Shown here: piece by piece, positions 52,832 to 64,000 of the stretch
Layout of the letters: each line of letters starts with the position of its first letter
How positions within the stretch are numbered: the stretch's first letter is position 1
NCBI GenBank assembly: GCA_964016885.1
Contig: OZ024742.1
Coordinates: 263,004,001-263,068,000, forward strand
Direction: 5' to 3'
DNA from: Eledone cirrhosa
Taxonomy: Eukaryota
Length of the DNA: 64,000 nt
The notes under the pieces: model-generated
Database searches by the model: none
Told to the model about the DNA's origin: nothing
Seen by the model: only the letters and a program-made list of their open reading frames with translations
Translations under genes and position numbers: made by a program

Positions 52832-53549
52832 ATATTTTCAGCAGTAATACTATACTACACTATATATTTTCAACTGTAATACTATACTATATATTTTCAA
52901 TAGTAAAACTGTACTATATGTTTCAACAGTAATACTATACTATATATTTTCAACAGTAATACTATACTATATATTTTCAACAGTAATACTATACTATATA
53001 TTTTTAACAGTAATACTGTACTATATATTTTCAACAGTAATACTATACTATACTATATGTTTTCAACAGTAATATTATACTATATATTTTCAACAGTAAT
53101 ACTGTACTATGTATTTTCAACAGTAATACTATACTATATATTTTCAACAGTAATACTATACTATATGTTTTCAACAGTAATACTATACTATATGTTTTCA
53201 ACAGCAATACTGTACTGTACTATATATTTTCAACAGTAATACTATACTATATGTTTTCAACAGCAATACTGTACTGTACTATATATTTTCAACAGTAATA
53301 CTATACTATATATTTTCAACAGTAATACTGTACTGTACTATATATTTTCAACAGTAATACTGTACTGTACTATATATTTTCAACAGTATACTATACTATA
53401 TATTTTCAACAATAATACTATACTATATTATATATTTTCAACATTAATACTATACTATATTATATATTTTCAACAGTAATACTATACTATATATTTTCAA
53501 CATTAATACTATACTATACCATATATTTTCAACAGTAATACTATACTAC
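52832..53549. repeat. About 27-bp minisatellite (tattttcaacagtaatactatactata), roughly 25 units
   Basis: Head-to-tail units with 5-bp (tacta/tgtac) length variants and no unique spacers. Confidence 0.95.
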
Positions 53550-53700
53550 ACAGACAGCTTATCGTCTGTTTATCCAAGCGAAGCGAGGTACGTCAGCTAT
53601 ATAAATCTACCTGGATTCTGTAGAACACGCCAATGGTAGCCGAGCGCCAGCCGGACGCGCCAGCTAGTAATATATAAATAATATATATATATATAATATA

Positions 53701-53872
53701 TAGTAATAATAATAAATTTGAAGACTAAAATCCAAAGAGGGCTCGATAAGGATAAATATATATCAAATATATAAGAACCGTAGAGCAAATATTTATTAGT
53801 TAGTTTCAGAAGATCCCGTTAAGGGTGAAAGCAGCGATTCTTTGCTTAAACTTTAATCTGTTATTTTAATAA

Positions 53873-53955
<83 letters not shown>

Positions 53956-54304
53956 ACCGTCTAACCCATGCTAGCGTGGAAAGTGGACGTTAAACGAGGA
54001 TGAAGATGATGAGGATGATATATAATATATATATATATATAGTTATGTAATAAACAACATAAGATAATTATTTCATTTACCAATGGTTTCTTGAAAGCAA
54101 ACAAATCTGCTTTCAGTCGTCAGAATGACAAAATCCTGGTATTTTTTATTGAAAGTGGATTTGAAAACAAAAATATAAGAAATATGAAAGTGAGGCTCAG
54201 GGAAGAAGAAAAAAAGATTATAAATAATAAGTAAATAAACACACACACGCACACAATTATACATATATATATAAATATACATATACACACACATAAATAC
54301 ACAT

Positions 54305-54338
<34 letters not shown>

Positions 54339-54421
54339 TTGCTCTACGGTTCTTATATATTTGATATATATTTATCCTTATCGAGCCCTCTTTGGATTTT
54401 AGTCTTCAAATTTATTATTAT

Positions 54422-54426
<5 letters not shown>
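53701..54426 (+). mobile_element. Fold-back hammerhead-bearing element with nested insertions
   Basis: About 92-bp inverted arms (53701-53792 / 54335-54426). Hammerhead-like 53802-53852: AGTTT-CAGAAGA-t-CCC-gttaa-GGG-t-GAAA-GCA...TGC-TT-AAACT. An RTE tail and another hammerhead element are nested inside. Confidence 0.7.
54073..54128 (-). ncRNA. Type-I hammerhead ribozyme-like motif, best preserved in the window
   Basis: TCATT-CTGACGA-c-TGAAAGCAGA-tttg-TTTGCTTTCA-a-GAAA-CC-att-GG-TA-AATGA. Helix I 5 bp, helix II 10 bp, GUA cleavage triplet. Confidence 0.8.
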
Positions 54427-54494
<68 letters not shown>

Positions 54495-56083
54495 TAAAAC
54501 ATAAGCTGCTACATCAACAGGCATAGACAAATACATATACATGAAGTCATAATAATAAATAAATAAAAGCAAAAAATAATTAAAGTCAAATAAAAAATGA
54601 AAAAATAGCACGTTGACAACGATACGAGAGAGGAAAAAATCAAATAAAAATAAACAAACACACGTGGTAAGCAATTGCACAAAATAAAATAAATATATAT
54701 ATATATATATAAGTAGAAGTTGTATTTAATTTGTTGGAAGTCCGACAAACATAAATGTTTATAACTGATTTAGAGCACTCAACTGTTTACTGGAGTAAAT
54801 ATTCAATGATATTAAATAAATGGAAACTATATTTATAAAACCATATTTATTTTATTATATATATTTCAAGGGCAACCAAGACAACATTGGTACGCTTTCA
54901 TCGGATAAAATACAAAGTTTGTTTTATAAATAGAGATGTACCCATGAAAATCATACCTTATCGGTTGGAAATTCACTGGATAGTGGAAATATATTTGGGA
55001 TTATTCAAACTTATGTGTGAATATGCAAATGAATATGTAAACAATTGAAAAACAACCGTTTATTTAAATGACACTGGAGAAAGATAGAAAAATAAATATA
55101 TATAAAATTAGATAGAAAAATATATGGAAAAATAAATAGATAGAAAAATAAATAGAAAAATAAATCAATAAATAGATAAATAGATAGATAAATGGATAGA
55201 TGGGTATATCGTGTTGTAGATTGGTTTTTATTTAATGTAAGTAAATATTGAGTTGAATTAAATTAAGGTAACTGAGAAGATACGGAAAAAACTCCAGTTT
55301 TGTTTATTTATTCGTTAGTATGAGACTATTTTGTCAAAATAAGTATAAATGTTAAAGATATAAATGTTGAAAGATATATTTAGCCTGAATTAGTTAGTGG
55401 TTATAAATCTAATAAAAGATATTAAAAAAAATTATTAAAATATATTAAAAATTCGGGAAAATTAAAAAAAAATAATTCATAAGAGATAAGAAAATTTTAT
55501 TTTAAATAAGTAAATTTTAAAATAAGTAATTTTTTTAAATATATGAAAAATTTAAGAAATAAAAAATAAAAAATAAAGAATTAAAAAAAATTATTAAAAT
55601 TAAAATTAAAATTAAAATTAAAATTTAAAAGTTAGGATCATATATGTATATATTTTAAGAAATTTTAAGAAGTGAAATTATAGCAAATATTATAGATATG
55701 ATTTAGAGATAACAATATATTAAAACAGTGGATAAGATTGTTATGGAAATAAGTAGAAATATTATAAGTGTAATTATAATTTATATATAGTTCTAAACGT
55801 TGAATTTTGGCGATGTTTACAAGAACTAAATAAATTCGTCCTTATATTAATAGAGTTCTTACATTTAAGTATGAAGAAAATTTCCTCAACACACAATTTG
55901 CAAAATCTAGATAAAACTGTGTTTCGGTAGGCAGGTGCTTTCCGAAATTATTTCCCAAGTTAAAGAATAGTCCATATTTTTGCATTTTAAGTTCCATATC
56001 AGGTTTGATAGAGAAGTTGAAGATTTTTTATCAAGTTTTCTTAAAGAGCATTTGTGATTAATCCAACGACTTTTAAAGTCTGT

Positions 56084-58898
56084 CTATTAAGTATGTTTGC
56101 AAATATATAAACAAAGGTTTAGATGCTGAAACATACACTCTTATGCAGAATGGCTGTCAGCAGATAAATAAAAATGACAAAGTTGCACAGTATGAGAGAG
56201 GAAGATACATCAGTACCAATGAGGCTTTTTGGCGCATCTTCAATTTTCCCATTCATGAGAGGCACCCAGCCAAAAGAAACTACTTACTGCCTTTTTTAAG
56301 ATGTGTCAAAAAGATGAAGATGTAAATAAACTCTTTTACCTAGAATTACTCAACCTGGAAACAATAAATGGCTCAAAAGGAAACTTGGAGCTGACGCTCT
56401 TGCAAGAGTTTACAGTGTCCACCTAAGCCAAGCAGAATGTTACTACTTATGGCTCCTTTTGCATGAAGTACGTGGTCCTAAATCATTCCAAGATTTGAGG
56501 AAGGTAAATGGTCACGTGTGTAAAACTTATAGGGAAGCATGCAATCAACAAGATTTTTAGAAAATGATGTGCATTGGGACATTGCATTGACTGAAGCATC
56601 AGTGTCAGATTTTCCAAGGAAACTATGCTGAAGATGTGTCATTTTGGCAGTCTCCTACAGCTTTGAATGAAACATTGTGAGGACATGGCTGAAGACTTAA
56701 AGTATGCCGTTCAACAGGCAAACCCAGATATCAATATTCAGTTCTCTGAAAATTTTTTTAACCAAGCCTGATTGAAACTGAGGATCAAGTTTTGGACATG
56801 GGAGGCAAAAATTTGCAAGAGTCTGGTTCTGGACTGCCAAAAACAAACCATCAAGTTGGTATGTTAAGTTCAAGAGACATAGCAAGTGAGACAAATTATG
56901 ACATCACAGAGTTGAATGAACATGAACCTAAACTTCTTTCAGAACAACGCTGTGCATATGATAAAATTATTTTGTCAGACAGAGAAAAAGTGGAGGAATT
57001 TTCATTCTTGATGCTCCTGGTGGCACAGGTAAAACATTTGGAACAACATTGCTTCTCTTCAAGGTAAGGCAACAAAAAAGAATTGCAGTTGCTGTAGCAT
57101 CATCTAGCATTGCTGCCACTCTTCTCCCAGGAGGACGAACAGCTCATTCTGCTTTTAAATTACCACTAAACCTCACAAATGACAGTCCAATTTGTAACAT
57201 AAGCAACGGTTCAGGTTCTGCAGAAGTGTTGCACCAATGCCGCTTGATCATATGGGATGAATGCACCATGCAATGGAAGCTTTTGATAAGACCTTACAGG
57301 GCATAAGAGTCAACAATAAATCTATGGGAGGACTTACATTAGTTTTATCAGGAGACTTCAGATAGACATTACCAGTCATTCCGAGAGGAACAAGAGCTAA
57401 TGAAATAAAAGCAAGCATTAAGTCTTTGCACCTATGGAATAAAGTACAGAAATTCTCCTTCAATACTAACATACGAGCTTCATTACATGGGGACCAATGT
57501 GCAGAACAGTTTTTAACCTGGCTCCTCCAATTAGGAAATAGGAAAGTACCAATTAATGAGAATGATAATATCAATTTGGCTCATATTGCTATCATGGTGA
57601 ATTCCCCAGCTGAATTGAAGAACAGGGTATTTCCAGATTTGAGTAATCATTTATAATTCACATAAATGGTTGTGTGAAAGGACAATTCTTGCTCCCAAAA
57701 ATGAGACAGTAGCAAGGATTAACCATGAATTAATTAATAAGATTCCAACAGTCATTAAGGAGTACAAATCAGTTGATTCAGTCCTTGATGAAAATCAAGC
57801 TGTCCACTACCCAACAGAGTTCCTTAATTCTCTTGAGCCACCTGGAACTCTTCCACATAAACTTTTTCTGAGGGTAGGAGAACCAATAATGTTTAGATCC
57901 TCCTAAATTTTTCAATGGGACAAGTTTGATTGTGAAGACATTATCACCTAATGTGATAGAAGCTACCATCATAACTGGGAGTGTCACTGGGGGAGATGTT
58001 TTCATTCCAAAAATTCCAATCAAACTAAAAGACATGTCGTTTGAGTTCAAACGAACACAATTCCCAGTGCGACTTTGCTTTGCAATCATCATCATCATCA
58101 TCATTTCATTTTACGTCCGCTTTTCCCCTGCTTGCAAGAGTGGGACGGGAACTGATTCTGGTTGATTTCTACATCTGGATGCCCTTCCTAACACCAACCT
58201 CATTTACAGTGAGTGCTGGGTGCTTTTTTTCCGTGGCGCCTACACATCCACTTTACAGTATGGGCTGGGTGCTTTTTTTTTTGCCGTGGCACCTCCACGA
58301 CCACTTTGCAGTGGAATGATATGGAACCCATTCCTATCATCTCGTTTCTACAGCTGCATTAAACTGGAGCAATGTGGAATAAAGTATCTTGCTCAAGGAA
58401 ACGACACATCACCCGGTCTGAGAATTGAACTCACAACCTTTCGATTGCAAGGCCAATGCTCTAACCACTAAGCCATGTGTCTACATGTGTATCAATAATG
58501 TGCAAGGTCAGACTTTGAAATCTACTGGCTTGCACTTAATTGAGCCTTGCTTTTCTCATGGTGAACTTTATGTTGATTGCCCCAGGGTGGGTAGTTTACA
58601 AGACATATTTGTCTGTGCTCCAAACCAGAAAACAAAGAATGTTGTTTACTCAGAAGCTTTATGTAATTTCCTTCAACATATGTTATCTCCCTTCATAAAA
58701 GTGGTAAATTTTGTATTTTCTTTTTTTATTATTAATATATATTTTTTTTCTATTATGAATTCAGATTTGGTTTCATCATGTATTCCAGTTGAAGAATAAA
58801 TTGAATTCATTATAATAAATTTCTATACAACATATTTTGCTTTCTTCTTCTAATATATAAGGAACAATATGATTCCTGGGCAACGCCGGATGCCTCTG

Positions 58899-58901
<3 letters not shown>
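56084..58901 (+). mobile_element. Degenerate Helitron Rep/helicase with 3' terminus
   Basis: SIKYVCKYINKG, GRYISTNEAFWRIF.FPIHERHP, DAPGGTGKTF, AVASSSIAATLLPGGRTAHSAFKLP, IIWDECTM, ILAPKN, YPTEFLNSL, FKRTQFPVRLCFA, QGQTL and FSHGELYV. Hairpin cctgggcaacgccgga at ~58875. RTE tail and SINE inserted at ~58085-58485. Confidence 0.92.
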
Positions 58902-58938
<37 letters not shown>

Positions 58939-58986
58939 TATATATATAATATATTATATAATATAATATATATATATATATATATA

Positions 58987-59195
58987 ATTCAAGAAAAATG
59001 AGTGACATGGTTTGCTCTACAATAAGGGTTTTATTCACATTGCTGACAATTGTGTCTTCAATCTGGTAGGTCTAGAGTTCGCTACACGCCTGATTTTGCG
59101 TCAATCGATCTCCAATACTTTGTCTATAACCAGTCGTTTTCATCGGAGCAAGCCCTTATTGTATAACGAACCATGTCACTCTTTTTTCTTGAATT
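58987..59195 (-). mobile_element. Fold-back element with decayed long-stem hammerhead
   Basis: About 43-bp arms (58987-59029 / 59153-59195). Minus strand TTGCT-CCGATGA...GACAC-aatt-GTC-AGCAA (59040-59151), then AATAAA. Confidence 0.55.
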
Positions 59196-59496
59196 ATTAT
59201 TACTCCAAGTATAAACTACATAGAAATCACCACGAACTCGCAGCATCACTATGGAAACGTTTTGTTGAGTCAAACTAAGCTACACGTTAATACTATCCAC
59301 TACACGGAGTACTCTAACTGGACTACATCTAAGTGGTCTGCCTATAAAGATAACCTGTTATCCTGTATATATATATATATATATATATGTATATAATAAA
59401 TGAAGTAATTCCGTTGGAAAGATCCAGGAAAAAAGAGTGCTCTATGTAGGTTACAGAGCTTATTAGTTATGTAATAAACAACATAAGATAATTATT

Positions 59497-59551
59497 TCAT
59501 TTACCAGTGGTTTCTTGAAAGCAAACAAATTTGCTTTCAGTCATCAGAAGC
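59497..59551 (-). ncRNA. Hammerhead-like motif, paralog of 54073-54128
   Basis: CTGATGA-c-TGAAAGCAAA-tttg-TTTGCTTTCA-a-GAAA-CC-act-GG-TA-AATG; helix I partly lost. Confidence 0.65.
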
Positions 59552-59697
59552 ATAATATAATATATAATATATAATATATAAAATGATAAGAAATGAAAGG
59601 AGGTGTGTGGTTACTAAAAGGTTTAGAATGGTGGTTTGGACGGAACAAGAGGAGAAAAGAAGAATCCTTCGTCAGCTGTAATCCAGATGTTTCGGCG

Positions 59698-59758
<61 letters not shown>

Positions 59759-59781
59759 TTATATATAATATATATATATAT

Positions 59782-61773
59782 ATCATCATCATCATCATCA
59801 TCATCAACGTTTAACGTCCGTGTTCCACGCTTGCATGGGTTTGGACGGGGGTAGTCCCACTTGAGGCAAGAGTGATTGTCTTGCTCGCATAGGACTGTCT
59901 GGCAGGTTTTCTACAGTTGGATGCCCTTCCTAACACCAACCACATTTACAGTGTGGGTCTGGGAGGTTTTTACCGTGTTGCCTACACGGCCACATTACAG
60001 CGTGGACTGTGTGTTTTTTTGTCGTGACACCTACACAATCTCATTTGTTTCGGCCTGGATGGTATATATATATATATATATGATATATAAATAATATATA
60101 TATATAATATATATATATACTTATTTATATATAATATATATATATATATAATATATATATATGATATATATATAATGTATATAATATTTATATATAATAT
60201 ATATATATAATATTTATATATAATATATATAATATTTATGATATATATATAATATACATATAATATATATATATATATACATATAATATATATATATAAT
60301 ATATTTATATAATATATATAATATATATATAATATAGTTATGTAATAAACAACATAAGATAATTATTTCATTTACCAATGGTTTCTTGACAATTGTGTCT
60401 GACACTTATATCTGTCTCCATTCATTAGAAAAAATTTATTAAATTTATAGAATAAATTTTTTCTGATGAATGAAGACAGACATAAGTGTCAAGAAACCAT
60501 TGGTAAATGAAATAATTATGTTATGTTGTTTATTACATAACTAGAAAGCTCTGTAGCCTACATAGAGCACTCTCTTTTCCTTTACCTTTCCTACGGAAAT
60601 ACTTCATATATATAATATATTGTATATAATAATATATATATAATATATATATAACATATATATATATATATATATATATATCATCATCATCATCATTTTA
60701 CGTCCGCTTTTCCCTGCTTGCAAGGGTAGGATGAGTCTTATTCAGCACAGCATCTCTCTTGTCACGGTCCTTCGTCATCTCCATATATAATATACACACA
60801 TATATATATGTGTGTATATTATATATATATTTATATGTATATTTATATATATTTATATGTATATTTATATACATATATGTATATGTATATGTATATTTAT
60901 ATACATATATTTATATGTATCATCATCATCATCATCATCAACGTTTAACGTCCGTGTTCCACGCTTGCATGGGTTTGGACGGGGGTAGTCCCACTTGAGG
61001 CAAGAGTGATTGTCTTGCTCGCATAGGACTGTCTGGCAGGTTTTCTACAGTTGGATGCCCTTCCTAACACCAACCACATTTACAGTGTGGGTCTGGGAGG
61101 TTTTTACTGTGTTGCCTACACGGCCACATTACAGCGTGGACTGTGTGTTTTTTTGTCGTGACACCTACACGATCTCATTTGTTTCGGCCTGGATGGTATA
61201 TATATATATATATGATATATAAATAATATATATATATACTTATTTATATATAATATATATATATATATATAATATATATATATGATATATATATAATGTA
61301 TATAATATTTATATATAATATATATATATAATATTTATATATAATATATATAATATTTATGATATATATATAATATACATATAATATATATATATATATA
61401 CATATAATATATATATATAATATATTTATATAATATATATAATATATATATAATATAGTTATGTAATAAACAACATAAGATAATTATTTCATTTACCAAT
61501 GGTTTCTTGACAATTGTGTCTGACACTTATATCTGTCTTCATTCATTAGAAAAAATTTATTAAATTTATAGAATAAATTTTTTCTGATGAATGAAGACAG
61601 ACATAAGTGTCAAGAAACCATTGGTAAATGAAATAATTATCTTATGTTGTTTATTACATAACTAAAAAGCTCTGTAGCCTACATAGAGCACTTTCTTTTC
61701 CTTTACCTTTCCTACGGAAATACTTCATATATATAATATATTGTATATAATAATATATATATAATATATATAT

Positions 61774-61820
<47 letters not shown>

Positions 61821-62270
61821 TCATCATCATCATTTTACGTCCGCTTTTCCCTGCTTGCAAGGGTAGGATGAGTCTTATTCAGCACAGCATCTCTCTTGTC
61901 ACGGTCCTTCGTCATCTCCATATATAATATACACACATATATATATGTGTGTATATTATATATATATTTATATGTATATTTATATATATTTATATGTATC
62001 ATCATCATCATCAACGTTTAACGTCCGTGTTCCACGCTTGCATGGGTTTGGACGGGGGTAGTCCCACTTGAGGCAAGAGTGATTGTCTTGCTCGCATAGG
62101 ACTGTCTGGCAGGTTTTCTACAGTTGGATGCCCTTCCTAACACCAACCACATTTACAGTGTGGGTCTGGGAGGTTTTTACCGTGTTGCCTACACTGCCAC
62201 ATTACAGCGTGGACTGTGTGTTTTTTTTGTCATGACACCTACACGATCTCATTTGTTTCGGCCTGGATGG
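59782..62270. repeat. About 1.1-kb tandem duplication (two full units plus the start of a third)
   Basis: Units start at ~59782, ~60920 and ~61998 with the same RTE 3' end (minus strand). The full units also hold a ~210-bp fold-back (60335-60543, ~61456-61663) with a CTGATGA...GAAACCattGGTA core and a second RTE-tail fragment. Confidence 0.88.
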
Positions 62271-62731
62271 CGCGGCACCAACATAACTTTATATAGAACG
62301 GGGTGGTGTGGATGGGGTGGGGGTGGGGGTGGTGGGACGGGGTGTATTTTGTTAGAGATGCCTACTGGCTGTAGTAGGTTTTACTATGTATTTAGGTAAT
62401 GCGGGTCTTCTCTGTTACTGAGTACCGCCAAAGTTCTCGGTCCAGTGACATTGTCTTGGAGAGGTGTAAGTGTGTGAGGTCGGAGTTTATCAGCTCGTCC
62501 CAGGTTTTTCTAGGTCTGCTTATTTTGTGGCTACCGTCTATCTTTATTGCCCTGCACTTTGTTATACAGCTATCGACTTTCATGCGCATCACGTGTCCAT
62601 ACCAACGTAGCCTTCTCTCGAGTAAACAACATCTGATCCCTCTTATCTCTAATTTTTTCCTTAGTTCGTTTATGCTTTGCCGTTCACGTATATTACTGTT
62701 ACACATCCAGCGGAGCATGCAAGCTTCGTTC
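61998..62731 (-). mobile_element. 5'-truncated RTE LINE, close paralog of 1849-3683
   Basis: ORF 62392-62718 is nearly identical to the C-terminus of 1855-3174; similar 3' UTR and (GAT)n tail. Confidence 0.92.
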
Positions 62732-63630
62732 GTATATTTATATATATATGTAATATATATATATGATATATATATTACATATATATATATATGTATTATA
62801 TATATATGTAATATATATATTTATATATGTAATATATATATTTATATATGTAATATATATATTTATATATATAATATATATATTTATATATGTATGTAAT
62901 ATATATATTCATATATATATGTAATGCATATATTTCTATATATGTGTCTAATATATATATTTATGTAATATATTATATATATAGATACATATGTAATATA
63001 TATATTTATATATATATACATATATATTATATATATCGAATCATGCCTCACGTGGGAGAATTCCCGTCTAAACCCATGCTAGCATGGAAGATAGACGTTA
63101 AACGATGATGATGATGATGATGATTTATATATATATTTATATTTATATATATATTTATATTTAATATATATATTTATATATATATGTCTAATATATATTT
63201 ATATATATTTATGTAATATATATATATATTTATATATATATGTAATATATATATTTATATATATACATATATTTATATATATACATATTTATATATATAT
63301 ATAATATATATATTAATATATATATTTATATATATACATATATATATATAATATATATTTATATATATATAATATATATATTTATATATATATAATATAT
63401 ATATTTATATATATATTTATATATATATTTATATATATATTTATATATATATAATATATATATTAATATATATATTTATATATATACATATATATATATA
63501 TATAATATATATTTATATTCATACATAAATATATACATATATTTATATATATATCTAATATATATATTTATATATATATGTAATATATATATTTATATAT
63601 ATATTACATATATATATACATATATATGTA

Positions 63631-63662
<32 letters not shown>

Positions 63663-64000
63663 CATTGAGGTTATTTAACCAGAACATTTTCCCTAACGAA
63701 CAAAAAGCCTCAAATATTCAGAACATATTGGATAGTCACTGCAGTTCCCAGTAGGCATTCCTTTGTGTGTGTTCTAAAAAAGGGAGCTGGACTAATGTTC
63801 TTTAACCAGCCTTGGAAATTATGAGATATTACTTAGTGATCCTATAATGAAGGGGACAGCCTTGATCTGATGACAGTCCCCCAAATTCTTTACAGTTCCC
63901 ACTTTAGATCCTGGTATGGGTTAATTTTCTCCTTCTCTTTTTCTTGCACTCTTGTGTCAAAGGGACAAGCTACACCCATAATCCAGCAAGATCTTTTTTT

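Larger units (their letters stand above)
51098..53667 (+). mobile_element. Putative composite non-autonomous Helitron region (5'-type head, internal duplication, minisatellite, two 3'-type ends)
   Basis: Head tatactaataaagctga...gtatgtatgtaac...aacagctgaaccaaac. Direct repeat 51311-51417 / 51689-51799. Ends ccaagcgaagcgaggtacgtcagcta (53574-53599) and gccgagcgccagccggacgcgccagCTAG|T (to 53667); the latter matches 837-866. Confidence 0.5.

Noticed and set aside
52832-53549. Regular ~27-bp repeats resembling a CRISPR array
   Set aside because: Units are head-to-tail with no unique spacers, there are no cas genes, and the context is eukaryotic; it is a minisatellite.
54700-56080. Extremely AT-rich block resembling organellar DNA
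   Set aside because: No recognisable mitochondrial gene, rRNA or tRNA motif was seen; left unassigned.

Overview
This is a eukaryotic, AT-rich, repeat-dominated window. The mix of (TA)n/(TG)n/(AAT)n microsatellites, RTE LINEs with (GAT)n tails and tRNA-derived SINEs suggests a cephalopod (Octopus-like) genome, which is an inference. Only one host gene is supported: the first two coding exons of a DNAJC25-like J-domain co-chaperone on the minus strand (18598-18739, plus a 29-nt micro-exon at 11951-11979 that the ORF track misses). The rest is mostly transposable elements: Helitrons, RTE, CRE, R4/Dong and Tx1/L1 non-LTR elements, a near-complete Gypsy-type LTR element with a 5-bp TSD, a collapsed LTR element, Penelope-like elements (PLEs), SINEs and MITEs. 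The most notable unannotated signal is about 15 type-I hammerhead-ribozyme-like motifs (CUGANGA...GAAA...NUH), some intact and some decayed. They lie either at PLE 3' ends or inside small non-coding fold-back elements in (TA)n tracts. Motifs and coordinates were read by eye, so the edges of degraded elements are approximate.
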